Below, piece by piece: positions 1 through 13,369 of a stretch of 64,000 nt of DNA. The notes below the pieces were generated by a model. The model worked only from the letters and a program-made list of their open reading frames with translations. It was not told where the DNA came from and searched no databases. This stretch comes from Raillietiella orientalis. Taxonomy: Eukaryota. The stretch's first letter is position 1, and the number at the start of each line of letters is the position of its first letter. A program made the position numbers and the translations under genes. Location: assembly GCA_036172245.1 (NCBI GenBank), contig JAYWIR010000050.1:558001-622000 (forward strand), read 5' to 3'.

Positions 1-334
1 ATCTGCTTGGAGGTTAAAGCAATGCGGTTGACTGAAAGCGTAAGTTGCGATGCACAAATTCCATCGCCTCGGTGCTGCTCCGAGTTCTTGAACCTTCGAA
101 GAGCTGGAGTGCTTCCCGCACCTGTCGACTCTTCTACGGGTTTCCATTGCTTCCCGTAGACGCGTGGTAAACCTGTTGGCAATCGGAACGACGCTCTGGA
201 GGAGCGACTTGCCACCGGACACACAGGATAACCTCCTGATGTTTTATCATGGAGGAATCCTGTGCGGGACGGTAGCTTCGTGCACGGTATCACGTGACGC
301 GGAATCTGCACAGAGATGGATGCGAATGCCAGAT

Positions 335-460
335 AAAATAAATCTGTGCTGCTGGAACGTTAACCGTCTGTCGTGCTCTGAAGACTCCAAGTGCGGGGAG
401 GTAATTTGCATCACCCGGGTGGTAACCCTTGGACGCTTGCTGCCGCGTTCCGGATGAGCC
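335..460 (+). mobile_element. Possible remnant of a non-LTR retrotransposon APE endonuclease N-terminus
   Basis: Peptide INLCCWNVNRL resembles the APE start motif (I/L)xxWNVNGL; nothing recognisable follows. Confidence 0.25.
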
Positions 461-1524
461 CCCTTTGGTCGAGGTCCTCTTGACCTTAAAGTTTCACGTC
501 ATACTTGATGAGCTCGCACTAGAAGCCGAAAGGCACCTTCCTTGTGGCAGGCAGCACAGTGCTGGAAGCAGTGAGGTGGGAGCTTCTGGAAGCAGTAGCG
601 AGGAAGCATCCATTTGAGCTGTACTAGGGCTCACCTCTGGAAATAGCGGATTCCTCTAGCGTTGCTTTAGTTTGCTCCCTCGACTTCATTTCAATTGCAT
701 GATTTTTTCCTTCTCTAAAGTCATTACTTCTGCGCTGTTGCTTGCATAGGCATCCAATAGTTCGCGTTGTCTTTTCGCTGCAACAGGAACCGCCCTGGTG
801 ACGAGAATTCCTCCTTTCGAAAGAAGCAGATTCCGCCACGATGCATGGAGGAGGCACGACGCAAGCTCCAAACTTGACTTCTTTACTGGCTTACCTTTCA
901 GACCATCAGCGTAGTCCTCATGCAAAGGATCCACTGGCGAATGGCAACACCGATTTTCGTTCCACGTGAACCACCACACCAGCCCAGGAATCCACCAAGC
1001 ATCCTGCCACATTCTCCACCGCCCCGCAGACGTGGAGCTCTGCTGGATGCATTGCCAGCCACAGCTGCAGTTCCATGTGTTTAAGCAGTGACTCCGACAT
1101 CGGCAGCTCTACACATAGCTTGCTGAGTCTTTGGTGCCCTCACTACGTCACCTGGAATTCATGCTCCATCAGCTAAATTGATTCCATATTGCTAATTCGA
1201 TGATGAGTGCGCAGGGAATCAGCACACAAGCACGAAGCACATTACATGGAAAGTCGCATCTCTTGAGAAGGATCCTGTTGCTTTCTATTTGAACAAATGG
1301 AAACATTTTACCCTTCTTTTTACTTCTCACGAATCCTTTCCTTCGTGCATGGCAGTTTCCATTATCGCTGTCTTCTGCCAAGTTTTCTGAAGCAATGCCG
1401 ACTTCAGCATCTCCATTTTTCCTTACTGCTCACACTCCATCTTCATGATTAAAAGATGAAAAGTCACTCCCTCCATAGTTCCTTTTTTTTTTTTTTTCCG
1501 ATCAAATAAAACGTCGGATCACAG

Positions 1525-2721
1525 CGCCTTCGTGGGACCAAGCTCCCATCGGATGCCAATGCTCGCAGAGTGTTTACCGTGGGGACAGAAAGCCGCAGGA
1601 AGTGCGCGAGCCTCCGAGCCATTGCCGACGTAGAGGAAACAAGGGCATTGGGGGAGGATACGCTCGCATCAGTTTTCCGTAACCTAGGTAACGAAGTTGT
1701 ACTACAAACCAGGCAGAGCTTTCGTTCTTTTCCTATTTTTTTTCTGACTCTGAGATTTGTGCACATCGCATAAGATCGCTGCAACATGCCACTCCCGACC
1801 GACGGCAAAAGACAACCACCACGCCAGCCTTCACAGCCCCCACACAGGTCTAAGATCCCGGTCCCCGTCCCAGCCCCAATCGCGGAAAAAGAAGAGGCTG
1901 AGGAATCCCTTCCAGGAGCTGAAGCCTCCAGAGCACCTCGGATTCCAGTCCGCACACCCCCCCGGGATGCATCCGCGGTACCACTCCGCACTCCCCTCCA
2001 AGGCGCAGCTCCCAAGTCAACCGCGCCCACAAAGGTGGCGGGTGCCAGACCAAAGGATCCCCCTGCCCACGTTCGCTCAGCACAGTTAGTGTCGAGTAGC
2101 AAGGCCGCAACCGCTACCACCTTCAGTGCCCAAGGGGAGAAAGCTGTGGGTCGGCAGCCTCGCGCGAAACGCGACTACCCACCGCCCACAGCTCCGCTGC
2201 AGCTCAAGCGCGCACCCGCTGCTTCAGCAGCGGCCTCTTCCAGGAGCCCCCCACGCAAACGGAAGCAGGAAGTGCATCCCTCATATCCGTCGAAAACAGA
2301 GAGGCCCCCACGGAGCGACCAAACCCCGAGGTCAGCGCAAGAGGTCGAAGGCATGAAGAAACAAAGTGTGGACCTCGAGGTGCAAATGGATTTCTTGGGA
2401 ATCTTCCTACCCATGCTCTTTGGATCGGAATCTCCCGAGCTGTACTCAACGACGGAGTTCCAGAACTTCATAGCCAGGGCGACTCCCGATCAACCTGTGA
2501 GCACAGTTCCAGGAGTCGAGGACCGCTTGACCGAGATACTGCTCGAAAACGGAGTGATCTCAGTGGGCGATCTGTTGCAGTTGCTGAATTCTTCCATGTC
2601 CCTTGCATCCATTTTCTATTCCCGCTTGCAAGATATGGCGAAGGAAATCGATATTGACTTGCCTACGATTAGAACCATCTTTGCCTCGCTCATGCTCTGG
2701 AAATGTCGCCATTTGCAGTAG
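1525..2721 (+). CDS. Divergent BAF (barrier-to-autointegration factor)-like protein with a long Pro/Ala/Lys/Arg-rich N-terminal extension; 5'-incomplete model join(<1525..1687,1775..2721)
   Basis: The last ~91 aa (2446-2718, STTEFQNFIA...PVSTVPGV...L...L.ENG...F...LQD...RTIFASLMLWKCRHL) align by eye with human BAF without gaps over residues 3-65, keeping F10, A12, P19, V20, G25, L30, L34, G38, L46, F59, L63, D65, R75, F78, L81, W84 and L89. A phase-1 intron 1688-1774 (G|GTAACG, pyrimidine tract, CTGAC, TAAG|AT) joins an upstream open exon in frame. In-frame ATG at 1786. Confidence 0.65.
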
Positions 2722-2929
2722 TGCTGAGCCTGGAAAGCAGGAAAGTTGCAAGGAGAGAGAGTTTCAAGGCACTTGGGAAGGAATAAAAACGGTGGCGCAG
2801 CAAACACATTGGGACGAAGTCACTCGGGCAGAAGTGTGCACGCGTTTAGCCAGCGGGCGAGGTCGGATGAGGTCGGACATCTGAGATGAGTAAGTAAGCG
2901 GTAATCGGCGAAACCCAGTGGAATGGGTG

Positions 2930-3740
2930 ATTTCTGCGAGATGAATGGAAGCAAAGTGGCAACTTGGCCGGGTGAAGTCGGTCTGTCCACGGGATCCGGG
3001 GAGCAGCCAACTTGGATCCGGTTCCAGGATGGCTTCTGGAGGCACGGCACGGCCTTCTTGTTTGCTTCACTGGGTCGTCCTGCCCTTCGGCTGGAGTGTC
3101 TGCCACGTGCAGGTCGCGAAGCCGTCGGACGACCGCACATACGTGAGAGCTGTGGGTTTCGCAGTGGGCACCAAAGTGTCCTCGGGCAGTTTGTGTCCAC
3201 TCTTTGTTCGTTCCTAGCAGTGCTGAAAAACAGCTCTGTCGGCTGCAGAGATCCTTTGAGTAAAACGCACTTTTCTCGAGCAACCGCTCGATTCCAGACA
3301 TGTGGTGGTGTTGCTGAATTGATTACGAGGCAAAGCAATTACGCCGCAGCGATAGAACTTCTCATCCTGCATGGACCCCATGGATGTTTGCTGCGGCTCG
3401 CTTACCGCCTTTGGTTGGATTGGAACCGAATCGTAAGAAACGCACCATGAAAGGTGCCATCGCCCACTTCCTGCCATTGCCTTTGCGCCTTGAGTGGTTT
3501 GCTGTGCTCTGCCCGGAAACGGCCTCCTGGCGCTGGGAGGCTTCAGGTTTTGTCTAAGATTTGCCTTGATGCTCTCGATCTTTCATCTCGGATAGAGCAA
3601 GGACGGCAGAAGCCAAAGGTCCCTGTCCTTAATCCCTTCCACATTTTCATTTAATTTTTTTTATATATTCTTTTGTGGTTCCCTCCCTCCCGTTCCGGAC
3701 ATTTGGTTTTAGCGACCTGCGTGTCGGTGATCCTTCCCTC
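2930..3740 (+). mobile_element. Highly decayed LINE (L1/Tx1-like) ORF2 C-terminus and 3' UTR
   Basis: EQPTWIRF resembles GRPDWIRL of other copies; CLCALSGL resembles ALCCIRGI; a T-rich tract (~3645-3680) and the family 3' hairpin (CGAC-CTGCGT-GTCG, 3713-3726) follow. Confidence 0.45.
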
Positions 3741-4559
3741 CGTATTTCTGTACCCTTTGACTGGGAACATTTGTTCCGGAATCGTTTAGCAAGAAACTGC
3801 CCGGCGCACCCGGGTGGGAAACCTTGAGCAGCATCCGACTCGCGACGCGATCTCCACGGTAAAGTGTGGGACCCTGCAAAGTCCCGGGTCCGATCGAAAG
3901 ACTTGGTGGCGCCGCGCCAGGATGGGCATCCTGACCATGGGAAACGTCGGACTGCAGGTGCAGTTCTGTGTGCTGGCGCTGCGTGCCAAACTCTAGCGTA
4001 CACTAGGAAGTACACACGGACTCAAGGCAATTCAAGAACATGTCATGACGTGTTTGGGTGAAGTCAGGCTGCTCGTGTTGCGACTTTCTCTGAAGGACCC
4101 AAGAAGAATCACCTCTTCAGCGAGAACAGCCATCCTGTTGAACCATCGAGTTGTTGAATGAGCCCTCTTTAATCGAAAGCCTCATCTCTGAGTAAACGTC
4201 TGCTCACGCCTTCAGTTGGCTATTGATTTTCGGTCCCTCAACTGTATCGCACCGTCCGATGACCATCATCACAATCGCATAAGCAAACCCCTGATTTCTC
4301 AACAAAAAATAAAGGTGTGGCTCTCAACATTCCATCGCGTCCTGGTTCCTCATGTCATTCTGGAGGATCCAGCTGGAAAGCTGCTACTAGCGAAAGCCGA
4401 GCTCAGCGCTATTTGCTCGAATCAACGATTCAAAGGACAGCAACTGAGTTCGTTTTCTTCAGCTGGAGGGATGGACACGTCACGGCCGCGTGCACGCTGA
4501 AAGCACGTTGTGCACATGAATCAGCGAGTGGTGACTCTTCCAGCGGGCTGATGCAACGC

Positions 4560-5010
4560 TCAAGCAGGAAGTGGAAATAAGGGCGAGTGATGTTTGTTTT
4601 CGATTTATTTCTCGCCTACGGGGCTTCAGGTTATGACTGCTCTCGCTGCTGCTCTTCAGGAATTGTCCTGAGGACGAGTTACTTTTTGGAGATAGCAAAA
4701 GCATGCCGATCCCTGCTCAAACGTGCAGGACGCTTGGAACGCGCCCATCAGCATCTCTTTCAGCGGGCAGGCGGTGCACGGCCTGCCGGTGCGACGCGGG
4801 GCACAGTGGGGCTACAGTCTGAACCTTCTGTCCTTCAGCACCCATTTCGAGTTGGTGCTGAGAGCATGCAGGGAAGCTCTGGCTCCCCAGCCGCACGAAT
4901 GCCGTCTCAGCATGTGCGAACGATCTTCTGCTGCTGCTCCCCATGTCCACCCCGGTACTGAGCACTGGAAGACTTCTTCGAGCTGCTCACCCGCCGGTCA
5001 GGGCTGACTG
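4560..5010 (+). mobile_element. Decayed LINE reverse transcriptase fragment
   Basis: VFDLFLAYG (LDFxKAFD-like); GLPVRRGAQWGYSLNLLSFSTHFELVLRACREAL matches GVPVRGGIKQGDSLSPLLFSTYFGLVLRAYRETL of the 30684-31376 copy; VSACANDLLLLLPMS is a degenerate YADD motif; EDFFELL follows; frameshifted. Confidence 0.8.
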
Positions 5011-5279
5011 TGCTGAGCAGACTTTGCGCTCGGAACGTCGTGGACGAATTTTTGGGGGGCACTCAAACTTCCTGCGGCCCTTCGCTTCGCAGCCGCTGCA
5101 AACATTTTATATGCCTCCTCAGATGCCCTGCATTAATGCAGTTGCTGTTTTTCTCATAATCTTACTTTGCAGGAAAATCAGAAAGCACCGTAAAGTCCCC
5201 CGGTTTCCATACGGTAGGGAAGCCATTCCCCTTCCCGTACGGTCACGCATGCTGCAGCCAAGCCATTAAATAGGCCCTC

Positions 5280-5720
5280 ATATCCGGGAAAGAGGTTTGG
5301 CCCGCCCCAGTACGTGTGCAGCGTTGCGTATCCTTTAAGACTGCTGAGGACTTCACACTCGTCCATTCGCAGCCTCAAACCTCGTAGGTGAACCACTGCT
5401 GACTGGTCCGCCCTTCCGGGGTAGAGCCCCCTTTTCCTCGGTGGTTGTGGTGGTGTTGAGCAGTCGCTGAGCAAAGAGCTGCCTGCTCTTAGCCGGTCAG
5501 CTCAACGACTTCACCCCTGCTCACGATACAGAATGCTCCAAGGTCTCCATTCTCGATGTTCCCGTTGTGCAACCCCTTCCCGAAGGAACTTGCAACGGAC
5601 GCTGAACCTAATCGGGCCTAATACCTCGCAGGGCAGGGCAGGTAATCGTGGGCTACATTGTCCTCGGTTCCTGCTTGGGCAACGCGCCTGGCAGCCGAGA
5701 CAACTTGGCTCCACGTTCTT
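5280..5720 (-). mobile_element. Possible decayed LINE ORF1 (gag-like) remnant
   Basis: VHLRGLRLRMDECEVLSSLKGYATL resembles the RRM-like segment of L1/Tx1 ORF1 proteins; RTWSQVV lies upstream; interrupted by stops. Confidence 0.25.
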
Positions 5721-6269
5721 GTATTCCCACCATTGATGGAAACGAAAGCCCCGTTGCCCATCCGGGCTGCTGGCGAAGTCCCCGACTCACCTTCCGTAGA
5801 GGTGACGTTTGTCGTTTCCACCATTACGCGGGCACGTCCGCAAGCACGACGGCAGCCTTGTAGTCAGGTGGTACTCCGGGACGGAGGACCTGCCTTTGAA
5901 TCCGGGAAGGCCTCCGGGGAAAAGAGTTCGTCCCTCTCGCTGCTGGGAGGGGACCGCAGCGTCCAAGAATTCCCCGGTTCAACTTCTTTCCGTGCTTGGA
6001 TCGCTTTTTTCTCAACGGGGAATTCGGCCAACCCTTGCGGGATGCCACCATGCAATTCTCCATCATCTCTCTCCGTTTCCTTAGCAATGATGACGGACAC
6101 ATGCATGAAGTGAATAGGGAAGCTGAAATCCATCTTCCAGTCTCCCTGCATGCTGCTGCATTTCGCGCTATCCTTGTTGCTTTTCATTTGCTTGTTTTTT
6201 CGAGCGGCATTTTGATTCCCTTCGATTTTCTAAAATCCTATGTTCATGTATTCACCCCATGGGCATCAT

Positions 6270-6920
6270 TGTGTATTTCAACTTATCTATATAAATGTAT
6301 ACACGCACATATGTGTATGTATGTGCGCATGTGGAATTCATATACACAACACCCATATACATATAAATACGTATGTATTCATAGTAATATAGAAAATCTA
6401 CATACGAATACATAAATATATATACATCCATGAGTATGAATACACATATATATTTGCATACATATCAATTATTGTATTAGTATGTGTATATGAAATTGTT
6501 TATGTGGAAAAAGAGAAGTCTATGTATAGAATCACCAGAACATATTTGAGGAAAAACAAGCATACATGTGAATTTCTGTATAGAAAAACATGCATGTACA
6601 TAAATTTTCGTGTTCGCATCTCTGTATTCACATTTCCCTATGCATTTTTTATCCCATATTTCTACACATACTTATATTCATGCATATCTGTTCATATACG
6701 TACCTATATTGATATGGGAATACTTATGTTTTTTACATATATCAATATATGCAGAAAGTTTGTATGCTCATTTTTTTATATTCTGTAATATACACATCAA
6801 AAATTTTCATCAACAGCTTGTTGATATACATTAATCCTGTTCTACTGAGTTTGGATATTGCTCTATGCACAGTGTGCACACATATACATATTTTTTTCGT
6901 AATATTTATAACATACATGA
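6270..6920. repeat. AT-rich degenerate (TA/CA)n low-complexity tract
   Basis: Continuous atatac/acatat/atgtat-type motifs with a sharp drop in GC. Confidence 0.85.
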
Positions 6921-6959
6921 ATCATGGGCATGCCATACGAAGAATGCGTGGACGCGCCA

Positions 6960-8940
6960 AGCCTTTTGACTCCTCCCGATGGACCCTCAACTTGACGTTC
7001 TCATTTGTTCTCACCTGGAAGGATCTCTGCTCGAGACGGCTCAGTGGTCCAAACTTCCTTCATGGCAGAGTCTGCGCATCCGACGTGGCCCGTCGCCCCA
7101 GGCGCAGAGACGCGCCGAACGAACAGCCGCGCTCTGTTTTTGCGTGCAAGAAGTTCAAGGGAGGCGCTGGACCCACGTCCGCGCTTCAGGCTGGCACCTG
7201 GTCCTCATTCTGGACGCTCACCGGCTACATAGGGATCGAATTGGGTGCCTTCACCGCATAGCGGGTTCACGGCGAGGCTGATGAGGAGCCCATCGGATCT
7301 TTGAGGGTCTTTGCGGGTTGGTGACGGTAAAAGGCTTCAGAGTTTCCGTTTGGCCCTCTGGCAGCCAGTGGGACGCATTGCGTGGCTACCCATTCACCTT
7401 TCGAGACATTCACGTGGAAGGGCGTGGTGGAGCATTAGATACCCACGCGATACTCTGGAAGTAGCTACGCTTTTAATTCATGCTACTTTCCACGGCCTTT
7501 ACCCTTTACGTCCTTCCTGAATGCTCTGAAATGCTTGAAATCCATGTCTCTTCAAGAGAGGCTGAGCTCCGGGGCATTGGAATTGAGTTGCCGTGCGACC
7601 CAACGCCCACCAAGGCGCGCGGCAAAAAGTGACCATCCACCGCACGAGAAAGTACTTGACTTCGTCGGGAATTCTTGCCACAGGGACTTCCTTCCCAGTG
7701 GAGCACCACAGCGGAGGGTCGGATTGCGGGAGGAAGGCGCGGGAGTGCGTTTTCTTGCCGCGCTACTCTACGAGGTGTTTATATGGATGGTGGCTTTGCT
7801 GCCCGATGTGAAGAAGCAGATCTTTTCCTCTGTAACCTTCATGGCGAGAGGCTCCTAGAAAGTCTTCCATTACGCGACGTAGCTGAATTCACTGAGATGA
7901 CACTGAGATGTTCTTCCCATTCTCTCTTTTGCAGATAGAAACGATGGCGCAAAGATCGAAATCGTTGTTTTCTGTTGATCCTAGCTCAATCCAGGTAGAG
8001 GTGGCACATCTTCTTCGGCGTACTCGGTCCCTGAGAACCCTTTGAAATGAGGAACGACGAAAACGAGAACACCCTGGCGAGCTGTTCCCTTCCAAAATTC
8101 CATCGGGCCACGGGGGTTTCTGACACACGATTAAGGAGTAGCGGCAAAGAGCTTGCTTTCCCACCTCGCCGCAGCATTGTCCTTCCTCTTCGAACATATG
8201 GACAGCAGCCTTCCGGCAGGACGGGGGATGCCCGTAAAAATCTCCACATTGACAAAAGGACTAACGACGGGCCAGCTTACGAACACTGCGACTCTGAGAG
8301 CCCAGCTCCGAGCACACTGGGGCAAGCTGCTGGATATTCCGGAGGAAGACCTGCAATGGCCACCAGTGCAGTTGATCAGCAGCGCTCTCCTCTTGAAGAG
8401 ACAGGAGTTGGCGATGCTGCTGCTTCACTGGGACCTGCCATGTAGCGCCTGTCCGCATCACTGGACAAGGATGTGTGTGACCCTGAACTGTGTCAGGTGC
8501 GGGGAGTGCAAATCCTTCTTCTCCATCCACACCCCTTTCTAGGAACCCCGGTGGCAACTCCAGGGACCCAGGAAGACGCTTCCTCCTGCGTGACGCCCTT
8601 CGGCCGGCAGTCTCGTTGGCAGCTCTCTGCCCCCTGCGCGGGATCGTGGCAACTCGGAGCCAGGCAAGAGAAGGGCCGGATGACAGGGATGTCACATCCA
8701 CTTTGCCCTATAATTCATGAAGATGGCAACAAGATGACCCCGCCTGGAAAACAACATCCAGTAAGGTGTTGCCGGCATCCTCCAAACGATGCAGAGGATT
8801 TCCAACGCAGACGGCGATCCCTTCCCCCACCCTCCCCGAGATTTGTTTATTTACCTCTGTTTTTGTTTCTTTTGTTGTTTTGTTTGCTCCTGCCCCCCTA
8901 CTCAGCCGTGGAGGATTTCATCGGTCCTTTAGAAATGTTC
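6960..8940 (+). mobile_element. Decayed, internally deleted LINE (APE remnants through CCHC finger and 3' UTR)
   Basis: APE-like DVLICSHLE...GWHLVLIL and ETFTWKG. C-terminal WGKLLDIPEEDLQWPPV...KRQELAMLLLHWDLPCSA...CVRCGE is homologous to WVELLGILTDDLMWFPV...KWQESALLLLH at 29110-29225. LAALCPLRGIVA and a T-rich tail at ~8840-8890 follow. Confidence 0.75.
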
Positions 8941-9999
8941 CTTTGAAAATGGGTGCATGGTTGGACCATCCGTTTCTCCATACAAAACATGTGGATGTCA
9001 ATTTTTTAAAAAATAGACTCCTTGGCGTACCCTGGTGATAATCCGGATGTGCTGTGTGCTGGTGAGCGTTCCTGGAAGAAAACTGTCAGTACAACTTGTG
9101 TACATGGCAGTTATTCATAGTATGGTATTTGGAATGGTGGAGCAGGTGCACCTCCGTGGAATAGCGGCAGCGAGAAGCCGCGCCGAAGGTGAACAGTCAA
9201 ACGATCTGCTCACGTCGAAGGCCCTGTGGCTGCTGAGGTCTCCTCCCGTGGCAGCACTAAGCGTATTGGCGGATTCGAATACCCCGAAATGAATCGACGC
9301 AGTGCGTAGTGGGTTCGAGTTCCTCCCGCGAGATGACGCTGGGTGTCCTCCATTCATCCGGGCGCTTTTTGCGAGATGATTTTTGCGTCCCCGGCCCGAC
9401 TCAGAACACATCATTCCAGCAACCAAATAAATTTCAGCGCTCTTATGCCGCTGGTTTGTCTACCCAAACGAAAATTGCCTCGGGCTCTTTCCTGTTTGAC
9501 TCTTCATTCCGAAAGTGTTTTCATTCTGAAAGTCTGCTTCGCCTCCGCTTCCCTGGACATCGGCAGATTCACCGGGTCAGAATAAAAGAACGGCAGGGTA
9601 CTGGAAGCAAACCAACCAAGTGAAGAACTGAACCTGAATGGAGCATAATGCAGCATCCTGGGACTTTTCTGCCGATGAGATCGTGCAAGTTCCCTTTGAC
9701 AGCTGCTGGCAAGGGAATGCAGGGAGAACAGGAAGGAGCAAGAACGACGAAGCGCGGAGAGGATTAAGAATTGCATGAGGTGTGGGAAGCACAAGCAAAG
9801 GGCCGAATTGCAAGAAAATCTTCTACGGGAAGTAGTAGTGTCGGTGACTCAACGACGGAGCTTTCTGCTTTCAGAGAAGAGAAGAATCGAGGTCACGGTC
9901 CGAAGCACCGAAATGGAAGAGGGCAAAGGAACTCGCCTTGAAATTGTGGGCGTGAAGGAGTGCCAGAACGTCAGCTGAACTTCTGGTCTTGACCGAAAA

Positions 10000-10170
10000 C
10001 GCGACCTGTGTCGCCTCTGCAGCTGCAATGAAGACTGTCACGGCAGCTTACGACCCCTCCCGCCCTTCGATTCCATTCAGCTTTGGCTTATGAAGAGTTC
10101 CCGTTATTCGCAGAAGCTCTCGGAGCTCCTGGGCGCAGTGCAGGCTTCGAGTCTCCAGTGCCCATGAGGG
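10000..10170 (+). mobile_element. Possible LINE C-terminal zinc-finger remnant
   Basis: DLCRLCSCNEDCHGSLRPLPPFDSIQLW resembles the CxxC...E..H...C...W finger; isolated. Confidence 0.25.
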
Positions 10171-13100
10171 GTCACCGTGAACTCACGAGAGCCGAAAACG
10201 AGACGGGGCTACCTCTTGCCTTTGGGACGTGCTGCAGATCACAGTGATCTTACTGTAAGGGTGCAAATTCTGTTCGAGATTTTGTTGGTGACAGCTCTGC
10301 TCGCTACTTTGCAGCTTCGAGGGTTTTCGATTTTGTTCCTGCAGGCCGTGCGACAAAGGTCCTCCAACTTGAACAACTTGAAGACGACATACTCTTCGTC
10401 TTCCACCCAACACCGAGGACGATGCCGTGCCCGCTGCCGCGATGCCGATGGGCTGCCTCCGCTCAGCAGCCGAAAGGCATCCTTGGGTCGCTGCGACGAC
10501 ACCTTCGGACAGCTCATCGGATACGTGGAACCCGTCTCATCTGCAGTCCACGTAATGGACACTTGCCCATCTCTGTCTGGCACTACCGATGCGGTCCTCG
10601 CTCGCTCCCGCGTAAGGCACCGGCACCGCTCTTCAGCAAGGAGCCAAACTGTAACCAAAGCATCTTCAATGGCAGGGTACTGATCGACCACACTCACGTG
10701 GTGGCATGATGCCTTGGCACACCGCATAAAGATCATCCTTTGCTTGCAATTCCAATGATGCTGACTCCACAACGATCCTTAGAACCGCCGCCAGCACACA
10801 CGAAGAAACCACATGAGGGGCACGGCCACAGCTGCGCGGCCATTTCTATGACAACCGTGGCACTGATTCGGGACCCGATGATGAAAACGGAATTGCTCGA
10901 CCAGAAGATGCTGACGAAGATGGCGACATGATTTTTCCTGGCGGAGCACGAATTTGCTTCACTTCCTTCGCGTGCCAATGGCGATAAAATCATGGGGAAA
11001 TTTGGTAAGGGAGGTGGAGGGAGTGTCGTCTGCCTGGACAGAGGGCAGTGATCCATGCTGAAGAAAAAGGAACGAACCTTAGCTGATGAGGAATTTAGCA
11101 TCAAACACAATGACATAAGGGCGTCGATGTTGCATTCGAGAAGCTTAAAAGTATCTTATGAGGAATTTACTGACGGTTGTGGTGATGAACAGTGTGCTTT
11201 GGATGTCCCAATTCCAATTGAAGAACCATCGTGAACACTCCAAGAAATGCATAATTTAAAAACAGTGTATATTACAGTTGCAGCTTATCTCCATCAGACG
11301 TATTCCAGTCCATTAGCTCTTAATGCTTTCGGGAAACACCATGTCTTTTATGCAAAAGTTTGTCCCGCCATACCCACCTTAAAAATGAAAGAACGAAACC
11401 ATTTCAAAAGAGCGTGGTCAAGTATGGTCAGAAAAGGGGGGGAGCCTTCAATGGGCAAGCAGTTTGCGACCTGCGTTTCACAGTGGGAGCAGTTTGAAAC
11501 CAAATACCAGGGACGACTAAAAAAAAAGGGTTGCAGGGAACAGGATGACCCGACTCGGATGGCTGGAATACCATGATTTTGGGTAGAACAACAGTGACCC
11601 CAGCAGAAAGAAATTATCGTAAGTGCTTCAGCACAAGATTTTTGTAATAGAAGCACACAACGGTATGGATTTGGTAGTTACTCGACTGTGCTGATGGTAG
11701 TGAAGAGCACGCAGTGTTTTGATTTGGTGGTTGCGGAATCAACGAAAATTACGAACACGATGGGTTGTTGATTGGAGGAAGCGCGGCGACTCCAGAAGGT
11801 GCCCCAAGGAATTGTCTGAACATTACGAGGAAGTAAATGATGAACACATTTGATGCATTTCGTGGATTTCAGTACGTCACTTCGATACGAATGCCCGCGA
11901 TTTCATGCAAAAATTACAAGGCCGTGTTTGCCCCCGTTTGGGTTATGAAACGAGGATGCTGGGAGCCAGAACACCCCCAAACACCACGCAGTGAAGAAGC
12001 TGCAACGCGAATGAGGAAGATGTTTGTCCGAAGCAGCATCTCAGATCGCTTCCCTCACTGAGATCAATGCATCGGTGAATTCGGATTTCGTGACACCAAA
12101 GCGAACACACCTGATGGCAAACTGTGTCACGACCCTTGTGACCCCTTGTTTTATGGCTCTCTTTGACATCGTTTTAAAACGAGAACATGGAAAAAATAAT
12201 TGATTTATCTTTTCCTCTTATGATGTGATGGAGAAATAAAAAAATTGAAGAGGTGCCACACTTGACCGAGGTATTAGATGAAGAATTTAAAAGACGAATG
12301 TAGATATCGTGCATCGCAACTTTCTTGTTTTCAAGCGTATTATTGTATAATTATGGAGACAGAATTTGAAAAACTCCTTGAGTGCATTTCGTATTGCATT
12401 GCAATTTTATCACTTGAATAAAAAAGGTTTTTATTTTTTCTTGGGTTTTGGGCAAGAGCCACCATAAGATTTCACCCCTTCTTTAAAGAGTTTACGTGCA
12501 AAGCAATAGTTTCGGGTAATTATGGGTTGGTTGGTTTCACGGGAATCGTATGCTTCGGGAATTCTGAACAGTGGAGATGACTTCCTGGGAGGTCGGAAGA
12601 CTTTCCACAGATGCTGAACTGGTTTCAGCAAATTCGGGGAACTCTTAGACGGAACTGCTCCCGTGACGCTTGGAGGTTCTCCCAAGTGATTGGACGAGGC
12701 CGGAAATTTCCTCTGAAATTTTGGAAGATCGCCATCGGCCCGGTTTGATTGGATACTTGAAATGCAGTGTCGAGAGGGTGAGAAAAGAGTCTGTCCGCGC
12801 GGCACTGAGGGTCGCTGGCGGGTTCGAATACTAAAAAAAAGGGAATCGGCGCCGGGAACTTGCAAAAAGTTTGGACATGGTCCTCAGGAGAGGTGCGTTG
12901 CCGATGGGGGGGGGGGGGCAGATTCCGCCGGCGACCCTCTGGGTTCCTCGAGGCGAGAGATGCTGACAGCCTCTTCGGCGTGCTGCCAATTTTACCATCT
13001 GGGAGGTTCGGTATGATGACCTCCGGCCCGTTGTGCGTCGGCTTAACCATGGAGGGTCGCATGGTCTTCATGATGGTCGCGTTGAGAATGGGGCAGCAAC

Positions 13101-13369
13101 ATCCGCCAGAAGGGTCCGTCGGCAGCGCACCAATCGCGTCCTTGCTCGTGGCTGGGCTTACGTTAGGGCAGGTGGGCGTGACTCTTTTCGATTATCCTTC
13201 CCTCCCTCGTGCTGGTGCAAGTAACTTTAGTCAGCAAACATGTTCGAGCTAGGTCAATACTTTCAATCGGTCAGAAGCCCACGATCTTTTGATTTGAAAA
13301 GCTTTGAATGATTCTCATTGAAATAGTTTCTAAAGGGGAAAAAAGTCATTGATCCACCAAAATCAATGA

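Noticed and set aside
12431..13250. Possible ORF1/zinc-knuckle remnant on the minus strand (VIIPNLP; FSICGK)
   Set aside because: Too degenerate to support as a feature.
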